From Oligoflexales bacterium (lineage in GTDB: Bacteria; Bdellovibrionota_B; Oligoflexia; Oligoflexales; RGVZ01), in the NCBI GenBank assembly GCA_044236265.1, contig JBIIGV010000037.1, forward strand, positions 1-24,019: a stretch of 24,019 bases of DNA, in the 5' to 3' direction. The notes under the pieces are model-generated. The model worked only from the letters and a program-made list of their open reading frames with translations. It was not told where the DNA came from and did not search any database. Positions 8,034 through 15,307 of the stretch are shown in pieces. Position 1 is the stretch's first letter, and every line of letters starts with the position of its first letter. A program made the translations under genes and the position numbers.

Positions 8034-8795
8034 ATGACGGAACTAACAGCAGCGCAGTTTTCGCTCGTTTACAACATGTTTTCGTTAACCATTGCTAGTA
8101 TGGGAGCAGCTTTTATCTTCTTCCTAGCATCTAGATCGCAAGTGGCGCCAAAATACCGCGGCGCGCTTACTGTGTCATCTTTAGTGGTGGCTATCGCTTG
8201 CTATCACTACTTCCGCATCTTTAATAGCTGGAACGAAGCGTTCACCCTGAGCGGCGCCGTATATACGCCGTCTGGCAAGCCATTCAACGATGCCTACCGC
8301 TATGTCGATTGGCTTTTGACAGTTCCACTTCTTCTTGTTGAACTTGTCGCAGTCTTGGCATTGCCGAAAAATCAGCGTGAAGGCCTCTTTGGTAAGCTAG
8401 CTATCGCGGCTTTCCTAATGATTGCACTTGGCTATCCTGGTGAAGTCGCCACAGACAATACAACTCGGGCTATCTGGGGCACTCTGTCCTCGATCCCATT
8501 CGCTTACATCCTAATGATCCTCTGGGGCAAATTGGGTGCAGCAATCGAAAGCCAGCCAGGCGAGGCAAAAGTCTACTTGACCAACATCCGCCTACTGCTT
8601 CTTTTGACCTGGGGCTTCTACCCAATCACTTACATGCTTCCAATGTTCGGCATTGACCCACAATCCTCGGTTGTTGGTATTCAGGTTGGATACGCTGTCG
8701 CTGACGTGCTTGCAAAAGCCTTCTACGGCGTGATGATCTACTGGATCGCAAGAGCTAAGTCAGAAAACGAAGGTTTTGCTGACGCCGCTCACTAA
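8034..8795 (+). CDS. Xanthorhodopsin/Gloeobacter-rhodopsin-type light-driven proton pump (DTE motif)
   Basis: Seven hydrophobic segments. Helix B has YHYFRI; helix C has FNDAYRYVDWLLTVPLLLVE (D-T-E, Leu at the tuning site). Also GYPGE, TWGFYP and helix G ADVLAK (Schiff-base Lys at 8715-8717). GGAG SD at 8023-8026 supports ATG 8034 over TTG 8016. Confidence 0.96.
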   Translation: MTELTAAQFSLVYNMFSLTIASMGAAFIFFLASRSQVAPKYRGALTVSSLVVAIACYHYFRIFNSWNEAFTLSGAVYTPSGKPFNDAYRYVDWLLTVPLLLVELVAVLALPKNQREGLFGKLAIAAFLMIALGYPGEVATDNTTRAIWGTLSSIPFAYILMILWGKLGAAIESQPGEAKVYLTNIRLLLLLTWGFYPITYMLPMFGIDPQSSVVGIQVGYAVADVLAKAFYGVMIYWIARAKSENEGFADAAH

Positions 8796-8835
8796 ATCAG
8801 CAACTGGTCGCACTAGCGTCCTAAATTGCAATTGA

Positions 8836-10884
8836 TTAAACCGCCTTCGCTGAAAAGCAAGGCGGTTTTTTTTTCAGAAATCTCTTCATGACTGGCGCAT
8901 GAGACGCAGTTAAAGCTCCGATCCCCAAGAAAACGATCTTCCAAATTTGTTGACTACCGCCTGAGTGCGCATAAAGCCAGGCTAGCAGCGTAATCCCCAC
9001 AAGGCTCAAGGTTGTGTAGGGGAGGCTTTTTATCAGGTATTGCTTGGATGACCAGCCCTTGACAGCTCGTTGGACCGCAATCGAATCCCACCCGTGCCAG
9101 AATGCGAAGAAACAAAAAAATCCGGGCAGCAGGGGAAGTGCCAAAGTTGAAGCGGCGAGAACGACGGTGGCGGGCATACCGATCACAGACCTGCCAAGAG
9201 TCTTGCGCTCATATCGATCAAAAATCGCGGACGCAAATAGTGCGGCAAAGAATACAATTACCCCGCAACCGCGCGCAGCTTCCAAGGTCATTCCTTTGAT
9301 TGAGAGAGAGTCTCCGAGAATTAACTGGATAATCGGGCTTGCCTCCTGCCAATGGACTAGAACGCCAAATGTTGCAGCGAATAAACCCCATATCCATGCT
9401 GCTACGCGGCTCCAAGTGGCATATCTAGAACTTTTTATGGCACGAATCCAGTATGCTTCACCGAAATGATCCGCTGACTGGAACAGAAAAAATACCAACG
9501 CCAGTGGCGGAAACACAAACCAGGTGAGAATAAATAAAGCTATGGAGCCTAGATAAACGCTATAAAACTGGTAGGGCTTTTGAGATGTGGGATCAAGGAG
9601 ATGATCCAAGCTGCCGTGTCCAATCCCAGTCGTCAATAGACCGATAAAGGGAATCACCCATCCTGCCAAACCGCCAATCGTCCAATGAAGAACGACACTG
9701 GCCAACGCCGCAAAGATAAACGGATATAAAACAAAAAGACTACGTAAAAATGGAGCCCACGGCAGACCTAAAAATATTCTAATTTCTTGGGAAAATTTCG
9801 ACTTTTCATCGAGGAATAATAGGATTTTTGAGGCACTATTCGCTGAGAAAAGAATGTAAAAGATTTTCGAGATCATCTCTCCATTTGTTCTGATAATTCG
9901 CAGTAGAAGTGCGTCATAAACCTGAAAACGAAAATGTCCGTAGGACGTGGTCGCTAAACCACTCAAGTGCCGAAGGTTTCTCTGAAATGAGTAGCCTGTG
10001 CTTGCTTTCACCATACCAGCAGCACCACCAATGACCTGGATAACTGAACTAGAGTCAGACGCTGGGAATTTCGGTTCTGCATTGAGTGTCATCGGGATAG
10101 CACCTGATTCTACCTTCAGAACGCGAAAATTCGGTAAGCAAAGCTTGTGAGCAATATACTCTCGAAGTATCGACTCGCACGCTTCCGGTGGAATTTTTTG
10201 GGCTGCAAATACCGTAAACTCGACCAAAGCGCGACGTCGATCAAACGGTAAAACATAGACAAAGCGAACTTCGCCTTGTTGTTCAAGTCTAAAATCCATC
10301 AAGTCGACCAGGTGCGGATCAAAGTGATCCTCCTCTGTTTCAAGTTCAAAACCGAGGAAATATTGCAACAGCTCTGGCTTCTGGACCGTCACAGAATTAA
10401 AGACGCGCCCTGCTGAAAACGTCTGACCGGATGCGGTCGTGACCAAGGCTGTCCTTTTTGCGTTTAACTCCTCGGTTCTCTCGAGAATGCCCGTGACCGA
10501 ATCTTTGAATTTTTGAAATCTCTTATCATTTTCAAGTCTGTGCTTGATTTTAATGAGTAGACGTTCGCCGGGAATCCTCTCGTAGTAATAATCACCAAAG
10601 TTACAGATAACTGGCTGACGCTCTGTCGATGTTATCCGAAATTTATCCCAGCGGTTCTCGATACAATCTGAATAACGATGGGGAGTGGCCGTTTTGAGCC
10701 GCCAGGAGGCAAATGTCTTGGATGAAAGCGACTCAGGGTCTGGATCGATGATCGCCACTCGGAGATCTTGTGACGTATCGTCTGCAAGAATATCGGCTTG
10801 CATGAGGCCGGCCAAACCGCCACCAACTATTATGACGTCGAAATCCGTCAAGTGGGCGACCATTTTACCACCCGTCCTTTCCAT
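8836..10884 (-). CDS. crtY-blh: Fusion protein: lycopene beta-cyclase (CrtY-type, N-terminal) + beta-carotene 15,15'-dioxygenase (Blh/Brp, C-terminal)
   Basis: N-terminal ~380 aa: DVIIVGGGLAG FAD motif, LMDFR, FVYVLPF, ALVEFT, ESGAIPM, GGAAGMVKASTGYSF, FLDE...LP..PF. C-terminal ~290 aa is multi-TM with GIGHGSLDH, SADHFGE, FFAFWH and LTASH. One uninterrupted frame; the start may be ATG 10863. Confidence 0.9.
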   Translation of the reverse strand: MERTGGKMVAHLTDFDVIIVGGGLAGLMQADILADDTSQDLRVAIIDPDPESLSSKTFASWRLKTATPHRYSDCIENRWDKFRITSTERQPVICNFGDYYYERIPGERLLIKIKHRLENDKRFQKFKDSVTGILERTEELNAKRTALVTTASGQTFSAGRVFNSVTVQKPELLQYFLGFELETEEDHFDPHLVDLMDFRLEQQGEVRFVYVLPFDRRRALVEFTVFAAQKIPPEACESILREYIAHKLCLPNFRVLKVESGAIPMTLNAEPKFPASDSSSVIQVIGGAAGMVKASTGYSFQRNLRHLSGLATTSYGHFRFQVYDALLLRIIRTNGEMISKIFYILFSANSASKILLFLDEKSKFSQEIRIFLGLPWAPFLRSLFVLYPFIFAALASVVLHWTIGGLAGWVIPFIGLLTTGIGHGSLDHLLDPTSQKPYQFYSVYLGSIALFILTWFVFPPLALVFFLFQSADHFGEAYWIRAIKSSRYATWSRVAAWIWGLFAATFGVLVHWQEASPIIQLILGDSLSIKGMTLEAARGCGVIVFFAALFASAIFDRYERKTLGRSVIGMPATVVLAASTLALPLLPGFFCFFAFWHGWDSIAVQRAVKGWSSKQYLIKSLPYTTLSLVGITLLAWLYAHSGGSQQIWKIVFLGIGALTASHAPVMKRFLKKKPPCFSAKAV
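8838..8874 (+). terminator. Rho-independent terminator for the rhodopsin gene, overlapping the last codons of the convergent gene
   Basis: AAACCGCCTT (8838-8847) / AAGGCGGTTT (8859-8868) form a stem that runs into a T9 tract (8866-8874). Confidence 0.8.
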
Positions 10885-12008
10885 TCATAGCGTCCTCGCA
10901 GGCTGGAACTAATGGCTTTATAAGCAGCTATGTTCAGAAGTAGTAAACTTAGAGGGTGCAGAAGTAGATCTCGAAGCGGCATCTTAAAAGATCTTGCTGT
11001 CAAAATTCGACTTAAAGCCAATAAACAAAGCGAAATAACTGCCAAGTCAGGGCGATAAAAATAGCCCCAAAATGGAAATAGAAAAACAAAATTGACGGAA
11101 GCAATAATGCATCCAAAAATTAATGGTGTGCCGCCACCGATCGCGACCAGATTTTTTGAAAATCCAGCCAAGGTGGCCCGCCAATTAGGATACATGGATA
11201 CGCGAATGTGATTGGCTGCCAAGACTGGCTGAACACCGCGACCTGTAATTCCGTGAATCTGGCGCGCCAGTGCGACGTCCTCTAATGGCGTCAGGCCAAG
11301 TTTTCGGTGACCTCCGCTTTTAAAATAATCACTCTTGAATAGTGCGACCCATTGCCCGTTGGCCATTTGCATGGACTTTGTTGGCAAGCGCCAGCAGCAA
11401 AACAACGGTAGCGATATCATCAATGGAAGATTCATGATCCATGGTATCAGTAAACGCTCAAGCAAGCCTTGACACGACTGTGCAGGTAAAGCCGATAGCC
11501 CCGACATTAGCTTGCGCGCCTGTGGCTGCATCAAGAGATCTACCGTGCAACGAACAGCACTCGTCGAGGGTCGCACATCGGCGTCGCAGAAAATTAAAAT
11601 ATCTCCATTCGCTAGGTCAGCAAGTTGCGCGCAAGCATGAGCTTTCCCAGAGATTTTTTTGCTCTCGTTCCATGGAGCTCCCCGCACGATCTTTAACGGT
11701 ATGGTAGCATTTGATATGAACGAGTTTACAATGGCTGAGGAGTCATCGTCAGACTCGTCATCAAGAATGATCACCTCCATTGGTCTGTAAGTTGATGACA
11801 GCAGAGCCGTAAGGAGGTGGGGGATATTTTCGGCCTCATTTCGAACAGGTATAAGTAAACTGACCAGGGGTTTTTCACCGGTATATTCAACTGTGCTTCC
11901 CAGTTTAGTTGCAAAAATCGCATTAAGGATGACCATTACGGTCGAAATTACGATTGCTGAGAATGATAACAAACTTAGGGAGTCACCGAGGAGGGTTAGA
12001 TCCATCAA
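10848..12008 (-). CDS. GT2 glycosyltransferase, carotenoid glycosyltransferase (CruC/CrtQ-like)
   Basis: VSLLIPVRNE, LDDESDD, GK..AC.QL, FCDADV, ANGQ, EDVALA, MY......GFSKN and WKGR motifs; carotenoid cluster context. AGGAGGT SD precedes TTG 12008 / ATG 12005. Confidence 0.85.
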   Translation of the reverse strand: MMDLTLLGDSLSLLSFSAIVISTVMVILNAIFATKLGSTVEYTGEKPLVSLLIPVRNEAENIPHLLTALLSSTYRPMEVIILDDESDDDSSAIVNSFISNATIPLKIVRGAPWNESKKISGKAHACAQLADLANGDILIFCDADVRPSTSAVRCTVDLLMQPQARKLMSGLSALPAQSCQGLLERLLIPWIMNLPLMISLPLFCCWRLPTKSMQMANGQWVALFKSDYFKSGGHRKLGLTPLEDVALARQIHGITGRGVQPVLAANHIRVSMYPNWRATLAGFSKNLVAIGGGTPLIFGCIIASVNFVFLFPFWGYFYRPDLAVISLCLLALSRILTARSFKMPLRDLLLHPLSLLLLNIAAYKAISSSLRGRYEWKGRVVKWSPT

Positions 12009-12664
12009 CGGACACCTCCTGCTAGTAAATTTTGGGGAGCATTCAAGGACGCTAGATCTAAAATTTTTGTGACTTCGGTCTCTAACGTTTTGTGATCAAC
12101 TTCAGTCCGCGCGCTATCAATTGGTTGACCGGCATAAATGAAGGCTGTCGGCCTCTCATGATTCATAGGCTCGATGTGTAGCCCAATAGGTACGTACTGA
12201 ACTCGCCCTGTAATTTTAGATAGTATTTCAATTCCACGCTGAAAACCGAGGGGTCTTTGACGTAGAGGAGATATTTTTCCTTGCGGGAAATAAGTCAGCG
12301 TCCGGTAAGGATTTGCAGCTACAAGATCTCGAAACTGAACAAATGCTCGACGGATACTTGCTGGATTTCCTGGCTCGATTCCGAAACATCCAACCTTTCG
12401 TAAGATTGGGAATTTCTTTAGCTCGCTCTCCAGCATCAGTGAGAAGATGCCGGATCCGGGCCTCAATCGATTTTGGACTTCAAAGCAGAAAAAACCGTCC
12501 CACCAGCTAATGTGATTTGGCACCAAAATAACTGGTACCTCGGGATCTAGTTGACCAATGGCATTTTTCAAATCGAAATGAATAGATGCAAAACATCTTT
12601 GGTACTTCCATTGGAGGTACCGATCCCAAAACCATCTGACAGTGTTGTTATGTCGAGGTGCCAC
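12005..12664 (-). CDS. PlsC-family acyltransferase, probable carotenoid-glycoside acyltransferase (CruD-like)
   Basis: PNHISWWDG (HxxxxD) and YFPQG motifs; overlaps both the CruF-like and glycosyltransferase genes. Confidence 0.82.
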   Translation of the reverse strand: MAPRHNNTVRWFWDRYLQWKYQRCFASIHFDLKNAIGQLDPEVPVILVPNHISWWDGFFCFEVQNRLRPGSGIFSLMLESELKKFPILRKVGCFGIEPGNPASIRRAFVQFRDLVAANPYRTLTYFPQGKISPLRQRPLGFQRGIEILSKITGRVQYVPIGLHIEPMNHERPTAFIYAGQPIDSARTEVDHKTLETEVTKILDLASLNAPQNLLAGGVR

Positions 12665-13529
12665 GGGTCAATAATCCGAGATGCAACGTGCCTCGCGTGG
12701 AACTAAAAAGACAGAGTAAGAGCAGTGTGACCGTCGTAAGAATAACAGGTGACCAGGCTGATCCAGCAATTGACAGGCCGACCGGAAGGGACAGGCTTAA
12801 CAAGTAAAATTTAGCAGGCCATGAACGCTCGAAGCGATTTCCATAATTTGAAAGACCCAAAATTTCAAAACTGAGGAATATTAAAAAGCCAGTGAGCAAC
12901 CATCCGAAAAGATTTCTGACGGCGACCCCGAAGAAAAAGACCCCTGACTCTTCCCAAATCCAGTAAGGAGTTAACTGACTCATGGCAGGCTCCAGGGTGA
13001 AATCCCAGGCGACTAGGAGCAATGATGCTATGATGATTCGTCCAAGGCGATGCCACAAATGACCTTTCGCGCCTCCAAAAGCCCTCAGAGGTTTAGGTCC
13101 GAGAATCTGATTTGCTAGCAGATAACAACACAGAGACATGCAAAACCAACTGACAGGAATCAACACAGGAACTTTATCGCCAAGCTTCCAGCCAAGCAGG
13201 CTAGTATAAGAATATTTGCCAAACGGGATCCCGTAACTAGTGCCGCCAAATTCCATGAAAAAACTGATCAAAAAGGCGGGTAGAAAGTACAGCAGCCAAC
13301 GCCAACTCAAAACTTTGTGGGCGGCCCTTATGCACAACCAAAAGCAAAGAAGAATCTGCAATCTCGCAAAAAGCGGGTATGATATGGCGTAAATTGGCGG
13401 CGACCATGGATAGCGCGCAAAAAGTTCTGGATGTAGCGTAAAAGTTGCGTATCCAAAAATTGATATAGCATTGATGAAAAGCAAGGCCCACATTGGAGAA
13501 AAGAATAGCACATGAGTCACTCGGGGCAA
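12648..13529 (-). CDS. cruF: Carotenoid 1,2-hydratase, CruF family
   Basis: E..GTSYGIPFGKYSYT..LG.K....VP.LIP.SWF, AWD..LEPAM, YWIW and RNLFGW motifs; multi-TM. The start is uncertain (TTG 13529 or ATG 13493). Confidence 0.85.
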   Translation of the reverse strand: MPRVTHVLFFSPMWALLFINAISIFGYATFTLHPELFARYPWSPPIYAISYPLFARLQILLCFWLCIRAAHKVLSWRWLLYFLPAFLISFFMEFGGTSYGIPFGKYSYTSLLGWKLGDKVPVLIPVSWFCMSLCCYLLANQILGPKPLRAFGGAKGHLWHRLGRIIIASLLLVAWDFTLEPAMSQLTPYWIWEESGVFFFGVAVRNLFGWLLTGFLIFLSFEILGLSNYGNRFERSWPAKFYLLSLSLPVGLSIAGSAWSPVILTTVTLLLLCLFSSTRGTLHLGLLTRGTST

Positions 13530-14273
13530 GGATATTTAGGACGTACCACAGTCACAAACAGTGACGGCGCAGCCCCTGCCCTAGGAGTTTTAGTCGTTAC
13601 CACGTGGCTTGTTAGTGTTTGGTTTGCTTTTACACGCGTTCGTACAGGTGTTTTCCCTGACTCTTTAGCCAGTATTGCCATGATGCTGTGGATACAGTTT
13701 CTTTACTGTGGTCTTTTCATCGTGACCCACGATGCCTGTCATGGCACCGCGTGGCCGGGAAAACCAAGGCTGAATCGATGGCTGGGAAAGACCACAGCGA
13801 TGCTCTATGCGGCCTTTGATTTCGATCATCTGGTACCAAAGCACCTTGCTCATCACAATCATGTTGCCACCCTCCAAGATCCGGATTTTCACGATAATAC
13901 CTCTAAGGGAAGCTCTTTTTGGGCCTGGGGTTGGCGATTTTTTAAGCATTATCTGAGCCTGAGGCAAATTCTTATCATGATGGGTGTGGCTCAGATTTTT
14001 TTTCATGTGCTCAAGATACCAGAGAGAAACGTCATCCAGTTCTGGGTCGTTCCAGCTATCTTGAGTGGCATCCAGCTCTTTCTATTTGGCACTTGGCTAC
14101 CACACAGAGCAAAAGCTGGCGAAGAGTTTCCCGATCGGCATCATGCCAGAGACTCTGGACTACCGTGGTTATTATCTCTCGTTTCCTGCTGGCATTTCGG
14201 CTACCATCATATTCATCATCTGAAACCCGGCGTGCCGTGGTTCAGGCTACCGTCCTACAGGAGGCCATCATGA
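13512..14273 (+). CDS. crtW: Beta-carotene ketolase, CrtW type
   Basis: GLFIVTHDACHG, KHLAHH, DPDFH, QLFLFGTWLPHR and CWHFGYHHIHHLKPGVPW: three His boxes with CrtW-specific flanks. Confidence 0.92.
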   Translation: MSHSGQGYLGRTTVTNSDGAAPALGVLVVTTWLVSVWFAFTRVRTGVFPDSLASIAMMLWIQFLYCGLFIVTHDACHGTAWPGKPRLNRWLGKTTAMLYAAFDFDHLVPKHLAHHNHVATLQDPDFHDNTSKGSSFWAWGWRFFKHYLSLRQILIMMGVAQIFFHVLKIPERNVIQFWVVPAILSGIQLFLFGTWLPHRAKAGEEFPDRHHARDSGLPWLLSLVSCWHFGYHHIHHLKPGVPWFRLPSYRRPS

Positions 14274-14476
14274 AATTGCGATCGATCTTAATGTGGACCT
14301 TGGGTGGAGCGTTGTTTGGAGTCGCCTTCGGAGCGATAGCCTCTATCTTTCAAGGAGGCCCAGACGCTATGCGAGGTATCCAGGAATCATGGTGGTGGTT
14401 TGGCGTCGCTGGATTTTTGATGTCAACGATCGGAAATGGTAGCGACCGCGCGAGAGGCTCCAGCCAATCTCATTGA
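14270..14476 (+). CDS. Small (68 aa) Gly-rich membrane protein translationally coupled to crtW
   Basis: AGGAGG SD at 14259-14264 and an ATGA overlap with the crtW stop. Sequence MKLRSILMWTLGGALFGVAFGAIASIFQGGPDAMRGIQESWWWFGVAGFLMSTIG... has two hydrophobic segments. Confidence 0.6.
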   Translation: MKLRSILMWTLGGALFGVAFGAIASIFQGGPDAMRGIQESWWWFGVAGFLMSTIGNGSDRARGSSQSH

Positions 14477-15307
14477 TCCCAGTCCCTTGATCTTGAATAC
14501 AAGTAATAGACCCTGAGCGACCGCGACTAACTTGCCAGGCTTCGAAACCACGGTTCGCCTGCGGAACGCAGTTTCTGTATTTTCTCTCGCAGACCGCAAA
14601 AGTTTATGTCCGATTCGTTGGTAAACCTTGCCTGCGATTGCAATGGCAAAAGAGACTCTCCACGGCAGCCAGTAGATGCCTTGAAATCCATGTTCATATA
14701 ACTCATCGGCTCTACGAAGGAGTTTAATAACCGCATCGTGTGCGAGCTCAGGATTAGTCGACAAAACCTTCGCATCGACGTTTTCCAAAAGATCTTTTGA
14801 AATATAAATACGACCAATACTTGCATCTGCTTGGACATCACGGGCGATGTTCGTCAGCTGCATTGCAGACCCCAGAGAAATCGCGTGAGCACTTGCCTGG
14901 TCTGGATCAGCGCCGAGAAGTGGACACATCATAAGTCCCACGACGCCTGCGACACGAAAGCAATACTGTTCGAGTTCTTGGAGATTCGCGTAGCAACGGC
15001 CTTCCACATCCATACGCATACCGGCGATGAATTCTGATCGCTGCCAGTCGTCCAACCAGCGAGGTCCAGAAAGAGCTGCATTCAGTGACCCACGATCCTC
15101 CATCAGTGAAAGTTGTGCCTTTGCCGATAGCAAGTCGGGTGCATCATCGATGGCATCATCACAGCGTCTACACCACTGATAAAGCAATAAGACTTGTTCC
15201 CGGCAGCTTTTAGGCAGGAAAAGTGAGGCTAAGGAAAAACTTTTTGATCCTTGCTTGATGGCTTCAGCGGGAGACGAATTAAAGTCAAGCGTTTGTGAGT
15301 AAGTCAT
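14423..15307 (-). CDS. crtB: Phytoene synthase
   Basis: GSKSFSLAS, LYQWCRRCDDAIDD, GMRMD, YCFRVAGVVGLMM and AMQLTNIARDV..DA..GRIY motifs. GGGAG SD supports ATG 15307 (ORF track starts at 15334). Confidence 0.95.
   Translation of the reverse strand: MTYSQTLDFNSSPAEAIKQGSKSFSLASLFLPKSCREQVLLLYQWCRRCDDAIDDAPDLLSAKAQLSLMEDRGSLNAALSGPRWLDDWQRSEFIAGMRMDVEGRCYANLQELEQYCFRVAGVVGLMMCPLLGADPDQASAHAISLGSAMQLTNIARDVQADASIGRIYISKDLLENVDAKVLSTNPELAHDAVIKLLRRADELYEHGFQGIYWLPWRVSFAIAIAGKVYQRIGHKLLRSARENTETAFRRRTVVSKPGKLVAVAQGLLLVFKIKGLGSMRLAGASRAVATISDR

Noticed and set aside
8270..8345. Possibility that the rhodopsin is a Na+ or Cl- pump or a sensory rhodopsin
   Set aside because: The helix C motif is DTE (not NDQ, NTQ or TSD), the helix B His is present, and no transducer gene is adjacent.
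9075..9110. Blh domain reads WHGWDS rather than WHSxRH, suggesting loss of a metal ligand and an inactive enzyme
   Set aside because: To my knowledge many Blh homologs (e.g. flavobacterial) have Ser at this position, and the other His motifs (GHG..D, HFGE, WH, LT..H) are intact, so this is not evidence of inactivation.
14093..14269. N-terminal extension of the 127-aa ORF 14093..14476
   Set aside because: It overlaps crtW out of frame; the SD and ATGA coupling point to ATG 14270.
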